Positions 13,997 through 25,071 of a DNA stretch of 64,000 nt are shown piece after piece. Position 1 is the first letter of the stretch. The number at the start of each line of letters is the position of its first letter. This stretch comes from Amphiscolops sp. MND2022. Lineage: Eukaryota. The stretch spans positions 67,828,001-67,892,000 of the forward strand of contig OZ076411.1 of NCBI GenBank assembly GCA_964187785.1, written 5' to 3'. Below the pieces are notes generated by a model. That model saw nothing but the letters and a program-made list of their open reading frames with translations, was not told where the DNA came from and made no database searches. The position numbers were made by a program, and so were the translations under genes.

Positions 13997-16900
13997 CTAA
14001 TACTCTGTAGAACGGCTGGAACCGCCCTCGTTTCTGCTTTCTTCTAATGAAAAAGCCCGCCTGCTAGCTTGTACAGGTTCAGTCTCAAAGGTAGCCAGAG
14101 TGCGCTTCCCTTTCTTGTCCGGCTTCCCACCGGTCCTCTGTCCGTGATTGCCCACTGACGTCCTACTGACCGCTTTGCGCTTCGGAGCTGACTCACTCGG
14201 ACCTGCTGATGAAACTACGACCTCGGATTGCAATTTCGGCGCTTGAGCTGCTGAACGCCTTGATTTGATAGGACTCCGACGGGGAGCAGTTGGACTCGAC
14301 TCCATTGTCCGCAACTGATTACAAACAGCAGACACATAATCGTCAATGACAGGGCGAGTAGGTAGACCACCAGTCGTCTCCAGTACAGTGACACAGCGCC
14401 CAAGTGATTCGTCAACCCCCCTCTTAACCAATTGGTCCCAGGGGATAGCTCTGCCTTCATCGGTTAACCGCGAAACCTGCAAGTCTGTAGTGCTGCAGTG
14501 TCTAACAAGACCAATCATCGAGCGTCGAGAGTGCCCGCCGAAACCACTCGACATCCAGCTTCGAATAATGTTCAAACTTGACAGCATGATACTGTCATCG
14601 AGGGCTGTGTCTCCTACATCTTGAAAATCAGCAGCATACGAATCATGGAGCATTCCCACAAAAAGAATCTCCACAATGCCCCGGAACTCTTGGCACCGGT
14701 CCCACGAAGGATATGACAGCCACAAAGACATGGCATCGTCAATAACTGGCACCACCGAAGCATTGGACTCCCATCGATGCTTGAAGTAGTTGACTACCTC
14801 GCGATACTGCTGTAAGATGATGGCACCTTGGTCTCCTCTGCATAGATCTCCAAAGCTGAGGACAGAAAGTGTACCCACAAAGATGTCCGTCAGCCGATCC
14901 ATTGACACCGACTGAATAGCATAAGGATCCAGCGGCAACAAGCTGAGGTGCTTAACCCACCCTTGGTCATAATCGCCAAAACAAGACTCGCACACAGTCC
15001 TGTGGAAATTCTGCACTTCTTTATAAAAGAAAGGCTTCTGGCTGACCACGTCGAAGCGGAAATACTGGCCGAACAGCACTTGAAATCGGGCCTTGTCGAC
15101 AGACTTACTCTCGCCCAGTCGCAACTTCAACACGGCGAGGACTTCAAAATCAGGTGGTAACGATGAGGGTTCGACGACCAGACACAATAACTCTCGAAGG
15201 AAAGCAGCCAACTCCCGCTCGAACCACAAGTTCCGATCTCGCCCAGCAGAACACAAGCGAGGACACTTTGCAACAACTGAAACACACAGGCGAATCACAA
15301 CCAACATGTCGAAAAACTACACACCCTAGCAACTCAGACGTCGATAACACCCAAATCAACAATTACAACAAAACTAGTACCGACACACCCGTACACAAGA
15401 AACACTCAAAACTCTTATACTGACCTGTCTCTGCCAGAAATTTCAAAAGAGCAAATCGCGGCCTCGACAAAGCATCGTTGAAGACTTGAGTTTCCATACT
15501 GGCTATACTCCGCGTTTCGGACACAGTATTTGACCGGTGAACACCAAAGTAGGCACCGAGGTCGTCCCATCGCTCCACAAGTTCGGTGCACAGAGCCGAC
15601 AACTCCTGGAAGCGCGCAGCACCACCACGGACGAACTAAAACAAAATCAGCACCGAGTTAGAACAAAGCAGACCACGACCACACATTACCACACATACTC
15701 ACACCAGTCCCCGAAAAGAAAAAAAATGCGCTAACAAACTTAAAATCAATTACCTCTCGAAGCCTAGGCATATTGTCAAACGACGAACCACCGATGACGG
15801 CAGCTAAGCGGAACCGGAAATACTCCTACACGCAGAAAGGTTCCAGTCCACTCAATTCTCGCAGAAACGTGCGCCGCAGCAAATCCTTCAGCCAGTCCAC
15901 ATCGAGACGACGAGTAACCAAAGGTATGGCTGGGTGCGCGATGCTAGCTAACGCACGCCCAAGACGCAAATTCTCCCCCACACTCACAGCACACAGACCC
16001 GCATGAGACTCCACACAGGCCAGAACAGGGACAACGATCTTGAGTAGTGAGCGTTCCCACTCACCACCCCCAGGAATAGCAGCTAGCACAACCATCTTGA
16101 CTGTCAGAGCGTCAAAAATGTGGCAATCCACTCGCTTCAACGACCCATCAGTGCAGACGTGCAGACCAAACCGCGCCCCAGCAGAGAGTAGATCGCTCAG
16201 CTTCTCCATGACAAATGGATACAGGCCGTATAATACAAGACTCTACAACAAACATACAACTGTGACACTCCTCAGCAAGTACTGCCAACGAAAACAGTAA
16301 GCAACCGCAAACGCGAACTAGCAGACAAGAACCAACATTCACGAACACAACACAAAAAAAAACAAAAAAAGAGACGAACAAAACATGTATTACCTGACAT
16401 TTCGGGTATGATAGCACCCTCTCACTGAAAACCAGCTCGCCCCGCATGCTACTGGACCACACTTCCATGGACCGCACAACGCTTGAAAAGTCCTTCAGTT
16501 CAACAAAGTTATTGATAAAACAGCATAGCCAGAGGTATGAAGCACTGGACTCCGACAACTCGAGTTTCGAACCAGCTGCCTCCTCTTCTAATTCGACCGC
16601 AATCCGCTCTTCAACAGTCAGCTTCACCTCTGACTCCAGAATGACAGGTGGCTCTGACACTCTGGCTGCCCGAATTCTCCGATCCTCGTCCAATGACACG
16701 GGCCTACAGGACGTGTCCAATAGAGGCCTATTAGACATGATGCGGAAGCGCTGCTCAAGACGAGTGTGCTCTCGCCCTTTCCAATGATCCCACAAGTTGT
16801 GTAGCCCGCGTCCGGCAATACTTAAATCAACGCGGCACAGACGACACCTTGCGAACCCGTCCACCACACGTTTGTTTCGGGGGAAACCAACGAAGGTCCC

Positions 16901-18198
16901 CACGACCCCAGAAACGAAGAATGATGGTTTCAACGTTTTGATAGCACGCTTCCGTCCTGCTAACACACAACACAAATCACATAGCACCACTGTCCAGTCA
17001 AAACCTTCCAAAAAAAACGTGTTTGTCCTTAATCATTAGTAGTACGTTATTTACATCCCTTATTTCTTTACCACTTAAAACTAAAACCCCTCACATGATC
17101 TTTTGAGAGTTCTTACCAGGCTTTGATGTGGAGGCAACAGCAGACGAAGTCCCCCCAGAAGGAACAACGCTTTTCTCTCCAAACTCAGACGGCACATCAG
17201 ATTCTACTGCCGCCCGACGATCGTCCACACCAGAGATGCTCCCAGCTACGGAGCGTGGTAGAGAAGAAGTCTCACCACCACGGGGAACGACAGAAGCTTG
17301 ACCCAGTTCTCGCAACGCTTCCTTCAATTTGTCCATGAAATCCTCGACAGCGAGAGCACCCACTGTCCCTAGCCGGCCCAGACTAGACTCGATTGCAGCC
17401 TTCATCCACTGCTGAATTTCCCGTTCCACACGACGAAACAATTCAGTGAATTGCCCCACAACGACATCAGCTCGAACGTTGGCATTTGCAAAGTAACCCA
17501 CAGTTCACAGCACCTACTTTGGACTCAACGACTGACGGCACCTATCACCGCCTGGTTATAGAACAGCAACCGTATACTGCATGCATTGGTATTGAACAGC
17601 AAAAAGAACCAAAAGACCCCCCAGCAAATAACCTAGCTTCACAGTAACCGTGAATTCACCTACCAAGTTGCGATGTCAGAAAGGCATCCAGTCGACGAAG
17701 GATGGGCGCCGCCTCAGTCTCAGAACCCTCAGCAGTTCCAGCGGCTATCGATGCACGAAAGCGACGTAAATAACTGACCACGTCGGGTATGTTGACATCA
17801 GCTACAAACACGAGAACGCCCTAATTAAAATGCTACGCCTGACACTCCCTAACATTACGGGACTCAAACTTGAAAATATGCAAACTTGAAAGAAAGTCTA
17901 AACTCTCCCTTACGCTTTAGACATACCACTGATAGTAGTACAATATACGAAGTGAGCACTTACCAAATTCCTGGGAGAGAACGACATCCAATAAATCGCC
18001 TAAACCAGCGATATTAGCAGAGGATACACGAGCCGCAAACTGACAGCAGTAACTAGTCTCCAGCAATAATCCTGATAACTCCAGATCGCCTCCACTTCCA
18101 CTTAGCTGAGCCCCCTCTCCGGCCATCTGATTCTCCACTTCAGCGACTAACTCAGCTAATCCGGGATCAAAGGACTGACCTGCCTCATCATCAGACAT
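13997..18198 (-). pseudogene. Antisense multi-exon gene inside element A, BED-finger / hAT-transposase-like
   Basis: Minus-strand ORFs 17917-18384, 17091-17501, 16148-17011, 15826-16209, 15363-15602 and 13997-15307. GT-AG introns at 17094-17028, 16393-16282 and 15753-15636 join neighbouring ORFs in frame. BED-like CRLCRVDLSIAGRGLHNLWDHWKGREH is present. A few in-frame TAG/TGA stops occur. Confidence 0.65.
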
Positions 18199-21100
18199 AT
18201 TGGATAACGCTAGGAGCAAAGGAAATAACTGAAACTCTTCGGGGAAATAATAATCGGCGACGAAGACACGACTGCAAAAGCTCATTCTTCCATTTATGGT
18301 TGTTAGAGACTGATCACCTATTCCAATATACAATGGATACCTGACCTCCTCATCAAACAGTCTTACTCGAGTAATACTGGACATTCAAGGAACCATATTT
18401 TGGACCTACTTCCACCGAATATCAAATGCTAATTACAAGAAGCAGAAAGAAAGCAGTCGTATTTCCCAGCCAAAAAAGATTAATTCCCCTCACAATCTTA
18501 TCAGTACAATCGATACCCGAAAATACAGGACTAACAGTGCAAAAAACAAAACAAGGACATATTTTCATCATTGTGGAAGAATGAGCAAAACCAACGGTTG
18601 ACAAACGAAGGTGAATACTCTCAAATTAAAGCGGAATCAAATTTCAATTCAAACAGTAATTGACTCAACTGACTTTCACTATAGCAACACAACAAATCAA
18701 TCAACTGCCGATGATCGATGAAAAGTTGCTTAAACAAACATTTCACTCAATGCGCACTACACGGATGACGTGGCTGTCAAACCGTTTCTATAAATAGACT
18801 TCAACTTCCGACTACCTACTATTTGCCTGCCTCACCTTGTCCATTCACGCTTCCGAAAGTTTCCAGAAGCTACATTGCCACCCACGCGTTTCTCTGTACC
18901 TTGCATGCCACTTCAGCCGCTGTTCAATACTCCACTCAAACACCTGCTACCTCTCAACTCGACCGTTCACCTTACCCATTACCCCTACAGCTCGCTCTCT
19001 CTCAAAAAGGGGAGGAATGTCATGCCCGCCAAGCATGAAGGAATTAAACGAACTCTAAAACATTAATTTATACATCCAACTCCCTAAAACACAGATCATC
19101 ATGAAAATACATTGCAGTAATTTATTCCCCGAACAATACAGTTGAAAGTATAACAACTGGAACTAACAGTCATCAATACTAAATTCATTCATGTTATTGT
19201 GCATCGTTTAGAAACCAAGACTGAAATATTCAGTCACAACAAATGATTCCCATAAATAAGACTGAAACAATCAGTCATCAGCTATCGTGATAGTTTGTCA
19301 TTTAATCATTCTTCATCCATTTTTTATATTACATGTAAAGTATTACCAGAATACTCAATCATTCATAACAACAACATTTCATTCATTCATATCAGCAATT
19401 TGTGCAATGCCTTTTAGTAATTATCCTCCAAACGATAATTGAATCAGTCACCATGATGATAAGGATACACGGTAGTAAAGCCTCAGTTTAAGAGGTAATT
19501 GAGACAATTGCGTGCTAAAATGACTGGTGCTTGCGGTCATACTAGATCAGACATGAATAATTAAACGCCGATTATCACCTGTGAAGACTGTAGCCACCAG
19601 TCGACAAGTGCAATTAAATAGCAATTAGTAAATCGATTGTCATTGGCTAAAAGGAAAAGTGCTAACACACCTTTATAGTTACACAATCGGGTAAAACCGA
19701 ACACACACACAAGTTGTAACTATTGATATAACCAGTTGCCTACTACCTTGCTTACGAGGTATCAATCCTTATCTTAACATTAAAATATTTCAATTCAACT
19801 TAAAACTTCCAGACTTTTCATTGTAACTACCAGATCTCAAAGTAGTCAAAATAGACAAGTAGAAGCTGAAAATATGGATAGATCAAGCGATAACGAAAGT
19901 GAATCCAGTTTCCCTGAACTCTTATCCAGAGACCAAATTGTAGACCTTTACTCTGACGACGTTTTAACTAGACGTCAAAATGGTAATAATTATTACATTG
20001 ATCAACGATTTAACGAGATAAATAGACAGATCGGAGACCTTACCAATATAGTCCTTACATTGACCAATCAGTTTGCCTCCGTTAATGGAGAAGGGAACAG
20101 ACTAAATCCAGCAACTACGAGTACTTAAAATCGTTCCGACATTTTTTCACTGGTTTTAGCTAGCTCGAGCGCTAGTTTTTGCAGTTTAGATCTTAGTACC
20201 CATTTTAGACCTTATTCACATGTCACCCTGGAATTTCACCCTGGAATTGGAAATTTACACTGTTTATCCTTGCCGTTGTTTTTAAAGGCTGTCTAGACAG
20301 TGGTTATGAAGACAGTGGTTATGAAGATGGTTATAATGCCCGTTGTTCTCAGCAGTTACAGACTGGAACAGGCCGGAGAGCATCCCTAGAGACGGTTCCC
20401 CCTCCTCGAGACCGGCTATCCTCAGGATGACAAAATGGGCTGGCGTTATGGTGATTGGTCCCGAATTTTATTTCATGGCATCAGTTCCTTCACCCTGTGT
20501 AGCGAACAAACGCTAAGCGCTTTTCATTTTATAGGAACCTCATTTTTTGGCGACCACTGAGGGATCGTCTTGAGAAGCTTTCCTTCATGGTTTTAAACTT
20601 TCCGGCCTTCTGGTGTTTGACGCCAAGAACGATTTGGTTCTGGAAGGAGACGTTTGCCCTAAGTTTTCCATGTTTTTTAGATGATATGATGTTATATTTT
20701 GGTATTTTTCCATTCTTTTACGGGATTTTTCCGAATACCTGTTGTATGTTCTTGTAAAAGGTATTTGTTGACATGTACGGTCTGAAATTGCACGTTCCCA
20801 TCAGCGGGTACCTTTGTAATGGCTTAGCGAATTGCTAGAAAGCCGTTACGCATGTCGTAACAGGTTTTTTGTAGCTCTTTTTAGCGTTTTTGGCTATGTA
20901 CGAGGTATTCAATTGATGGATGAGCCATGTTCTGTTCGAGAGATAGATGAGCTGAAACGAGTGTTCCCGACTCTCCTTTTCCATTTCTGCTACAGACGTC
21001 AAACAAAGATAGGATTTAGTGGAAAAGTAGAACAAGTGCTGACGTTGCCGACAATCCAAACCGTTTCTCTCTAACTGGCCTGGGTGTTGAGAAAAAAAGA

Positions 21101-24100
21101 CGGCGAAGGTACCACCCCTCATTCCGGAAGTATTGGTTTTTCGGAGTATGGAATGAAAAAAAACTTTCGATTGTGTATTTTTTGATGGGAAATCGTTTGT
21201 TCATGCTAGTTTTTCCCTCTCGCAACTTAGTGTGTGCTTTTGCACCCGTATTCGATATGAAAATCCAATTTTGGGTGCAAAAGTAACAAAAACCTACGTC
21301 ATCTTTTGTCATTTTTGAGTGTTTTTCTCGGTACAAGCTCGAGCGCTCTAGATTTTAGCCACAGAAGTTGCAAAAATATATGGAAAGCAACTCAAAACCT
21401 CTAGGGTTCTGTTACATAATGTAGCGGTTACCAAAAAGGCCGTTGGAGTTCTTTTTGAGACCCATTTTTCATGACAAAAACCCGATTTTTCGTGAAATTG
21501 GCAAAAAACCACCACAAAATGCTACTGGGAGAGTGCCAGATAGTAATGTAAATGCCACTTCTATGCTGCTGTTAGTTTGGGACACACCCAATAGTACCAA
21601 AAAAAGAATATGAAAAAGTTTGTAACGTTTTCTTAGTGATAACAGGTCGAAAAACGTTGATTTTTGGGCAGTTTCAGGAGTGCCATAGTGCATAATAAAA
21701 ACCTCTAGGGCACTCAATGTTTTCGTGACCTGGGAGCTCGCGCGCTCTGATTTTCTGTTTTCATATTAACAATACCGTGTGGTGGTGAAAACTGCAAGTG
21801 AAAATTCCCATTCAGTCCTGAGAAAAGTGGAAAAACGCACTGAATTTGACCAAATTTCCACAAAACTGGACTGTCTAATTGTTAGGGTCGGGTCATTTAT
21901 TCCCAAACTCTAGCTAAAAAGTGGTTGCATTTTCGCAACCACCACAAATATAAACGTTGTTGCCGAAAATTTGATGAGCCTAGCGCAAAACAAAGTCGAG
22001 AAAAGCTCTCTGATGTTTTGACCTCAGAAAAAACTAAAAGAGCCGAAAAAAGCCAAAACTGTAGGACCGACACTTCCTTATACCTAACGGGCACGGCTAA
22101 TTGAGGGCTTGTGGCAGTGCTGTGACCAGTGGGGCAATACGTTGACCCTCCTTTGCCTGCCGTAACATTCGTAGTGTCGACCCTCTTAGCCAATTTGTGA
22201 AAAAAGTGTCAAAAAAGACTGTTTTTGCTGAGATAGTGTCTGTACCCAGTCAGAATACCAGGAACGCTCGCGGGCTTCAATCGGACCATCGAACTAGCAC
22301 TGTGGGTGTTCAATGGCAGCGCCTACCAAGTGTCGTGCTGATCGGTGCAGTATTTGTGGAGAAATTGACGAAAACGTACTGCTCAAAATGAGGTGCAAAA
22401 AAGCAAAATTTTCGAAAATGTTTGGAAGTGCCTGAACACCTTAGCCGAAAAGTGGGGACAAATTGCAATCCAATTCACCATCGTAGTTTGTGCTAGTTCA
22501 TGCACTGTTAGTGAGATAACCGAAACGCTAACTCATACAGGTGCTCAGAAATTGTATAATAAGCGTGCATTTTGACTCCTACTAAGACATAGGTGTACCG
22601 CACGTCTGTACCGAAGCGAAATAGTGCACAAGCCTCGGGGCCCAACTCAGTGATCAATTTCGTGTACCTACGTGTGTGTAGGATCTTTTTGTCAATTTTG
22701 AGCCAGATTTGACCCTTGAGTGACGAATACGTGCCACTTGTGTTTTTTTTTGTACCTTCCGCGAAAGTTCAAAATTTGTTGTAAACGTCTCGTGCTTGTC
22801 TCAGCGAAAGTGTATCTTCGATCTAAGCTCATATTCTGGGCTTGTGGGTTGATATCAACTGCGTGAGTGAATGTGATTTCGCTACGACCCATAGAAGTGA
22901 TTTCGACCAACTTGAGACATCCATATCGTGTGTTTGACTTAAGGTTTCACCGAGACGAAATCCCGGAAAGTGGGACAAAACCCATCTTTACGTGTTGGAA
23001 AACTGTGGAATACGCCCTGGTGTGAACTCCTATTTGTGAATTCATTGCTGTAAATGCGAATTGCGGCCGGTATCGAGTGTGCTGCTTTGCTGGGACATAG
23101 CATTTTGTTACTTACAGTTGTGATACCCTGTGTATTGTAACGAGAACCATTTTTGAGTTATCGCCGCACCTCATCGGAACGTTGGGACCACATTGGTCTG
23201 GACTGTTGTTGTCAGCGTTGTTTGGTGCACTGTTGCTGAAAAAGTGAGCTTGCGAGCATATCACTGTGGACGAGAGTCTTTGGTTGCACGTGAAAAATCG
23301 AGTCAAATGAGATACAGTCATACGGAAAGCCTGTTCAGCATCTTCAACTCATTCAATAGTCTGAACTCCGATTAGTGCTTATTGCAGTGCACCTGACTAC
23401 ACGTGGGGCCGCGCGGCTAATTTTTAGCCCCATCCTATGTTTCCAATTTTGGTACAAGCCACTTGAGTAATTTTCAAAAAATTGAAAATTTCAAAAATCT
23501 TTAAACGACACTCTAGTTTGTGATTGGACGTAGTTATTGACTTCAGGAGGTCATTTTTCCTGCTTGTGTGAGTGGTTTTCTACCCAGTACGCCTGATAGC
23601 ACTGACTTTGACTGTCTTCGGACACGCATTTTGGCCAAAATTCCCAAAAATTGTCAGAAAAACGAAAACATAAAACCTTAGTACTCCCACTATACGGAAG
23701 GCAGAGATCAAAAATTTTCGTTTTCTAACCGAAGGGACCTAGTAGACCTTCCTGGGTGCAAACCAGGCAAATCCTACGGTTCAAAAAATTTGCCGGCAGT
23801 GATCATAAATTTTGACTCCACTTTGATACTTTGACATTTGACTCTGATGAAGTCTCAATCGGAGGCTTTAAGTGCCTGCGACGCACTTCTGACTGAAATC
23901 TAAAGACAACATCTCTAGGCGTTACGTTGAGAGCACATACATGGTTTCAAAAATACAGAAATCACCCTGAGGGATCCGACTTAACCAAAATCACGAGTTT
24001 TTGAGAGGAGTCACCTCTTAGCGAGAAAAACTTGACCAAATTGCCCAAGTGTGAAACCTTTTTGACCACTCTGGTTCCCTAACTTGGTGTTATTGTGCAG

Positions 24101-24570
24101 TATCAAGCAGTATAAACACCAAATATCACGTCAGCTTTGCGGAGATCACTTTTGGGTAAATGCAACACACCCAAATTCATTCAAGTTGAGAGGTCAATAG
24201 ACAGCTCGGCTGTTTGTTTCGTGTTTACTATCCCACATTACCACAGCATTGTGCTCGAGGGCACAATTTTCCAGTCCGACGCATATCATGAAACACGTGG
24301 AGCAATGTTCAGCACGCTGTGACCACTGGAACTCATCTTAACTGTGCCCCTGAGACTAATTTGTGGTACAAAAAGAGTTCTAGTCAAGCAGTTTTGACCT
24401 ATCTGAAGCTGGAATGAATTTGTGGAAGGTCCTAGACCGCTTCCGTTTTTTTCAAGGGGGAATAGGGGGTCAGTGCAGCACAACCAATCGCTGAACCCGT
24501 CGTAAAAACAGAATGTGAATCTCAAATGGTAGATGAACATGACCGATAAACGAAATTAGAGGACTGGCCT

Positions 24571-25071
24571 TTGGAGAACAGTTTCAATGTTTTATCTGAC
24601 TTTCTAGACTCAATACCAGGTAACTTGCGCGTTACTGAGCCAGAGATGAACTTAAGGGCTTCCAATCCTAGTTCAGTATCGTCGTCGAGAATGTCTTTTC
24701 TCCATGAAACCAGTTTTCAGACTTATCAGGCAGTGAACCAAAAGCTAGAGACCCTAGAGCAGCAGATGGATGAGTTATCAATCTTGTTGACACAAAACGA
24801 TCTTCGTAGAGAGAAATTCCTAGCTCGAGCGCTAGCGCAATTGCAGTCGATAAGTGCAGCAGTACACTTCGAAAGTGCCACTATCAATAATCCAAACGAC
24901 TCCGAAGTAGAACCAATGACACCACCTACAAAAGACATCATGTTGGGGATAGACCCAATGTTTTTACACACTAAGACCATGGGCATCGCTGATACGTTAC
25001 CAATTTACCACTTTGCTGATTATGGATTGCTCGAGGGCAATCCCTGCTCAAGTGATACGAAAGAGAACTGA
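24571..25071 (+). CDS. Unknown 166-aa ORF with predicted coiled-coil segment inside element B
   Basis: Open frame with heptad-like AVNQKLETLEQQMDELSILL. TTG start. No family recognised. Confidence 0.3.
   Translation: MENSFNVLSDFLDSIPGNLRVTEPEMNLRASNPSSVSSSRMSFLHETSFQTYQAVNQKLETLEQQMDELSILLTQNDLRREKFLARALAQLQSISAAVHFESATINNPNDSEVEPMTPPTKDIMLGIDPMFLHTKTMGIADTLPIYHFADYGLLEGNPCSSDTKEN

Larger units (their letters stand above)
3162..20141 (+). mobile_element. Ty3/Gypsy LTR retrotransposon A, full length, with duplicated 5' end and a long 3' accessory region
   Basis: LTRs TGTCATGCCC...TTCCGACA at 3162-4285, 5086-6208 and 19018-20141. PBS-like TGGTGACAGGAGT follows the 5' LTRs (4286, 6209). PPT AAAAAGGGGAGGAA at 19004-19017. 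A 5-bp TTTTT TSD is inferred by comparison with the uninterrupted site GATGTTTTTTCACTGG at ~27177-27192. gag and pol (PR-RT-RH-IN order) lie inside. Confidence 0.95.
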
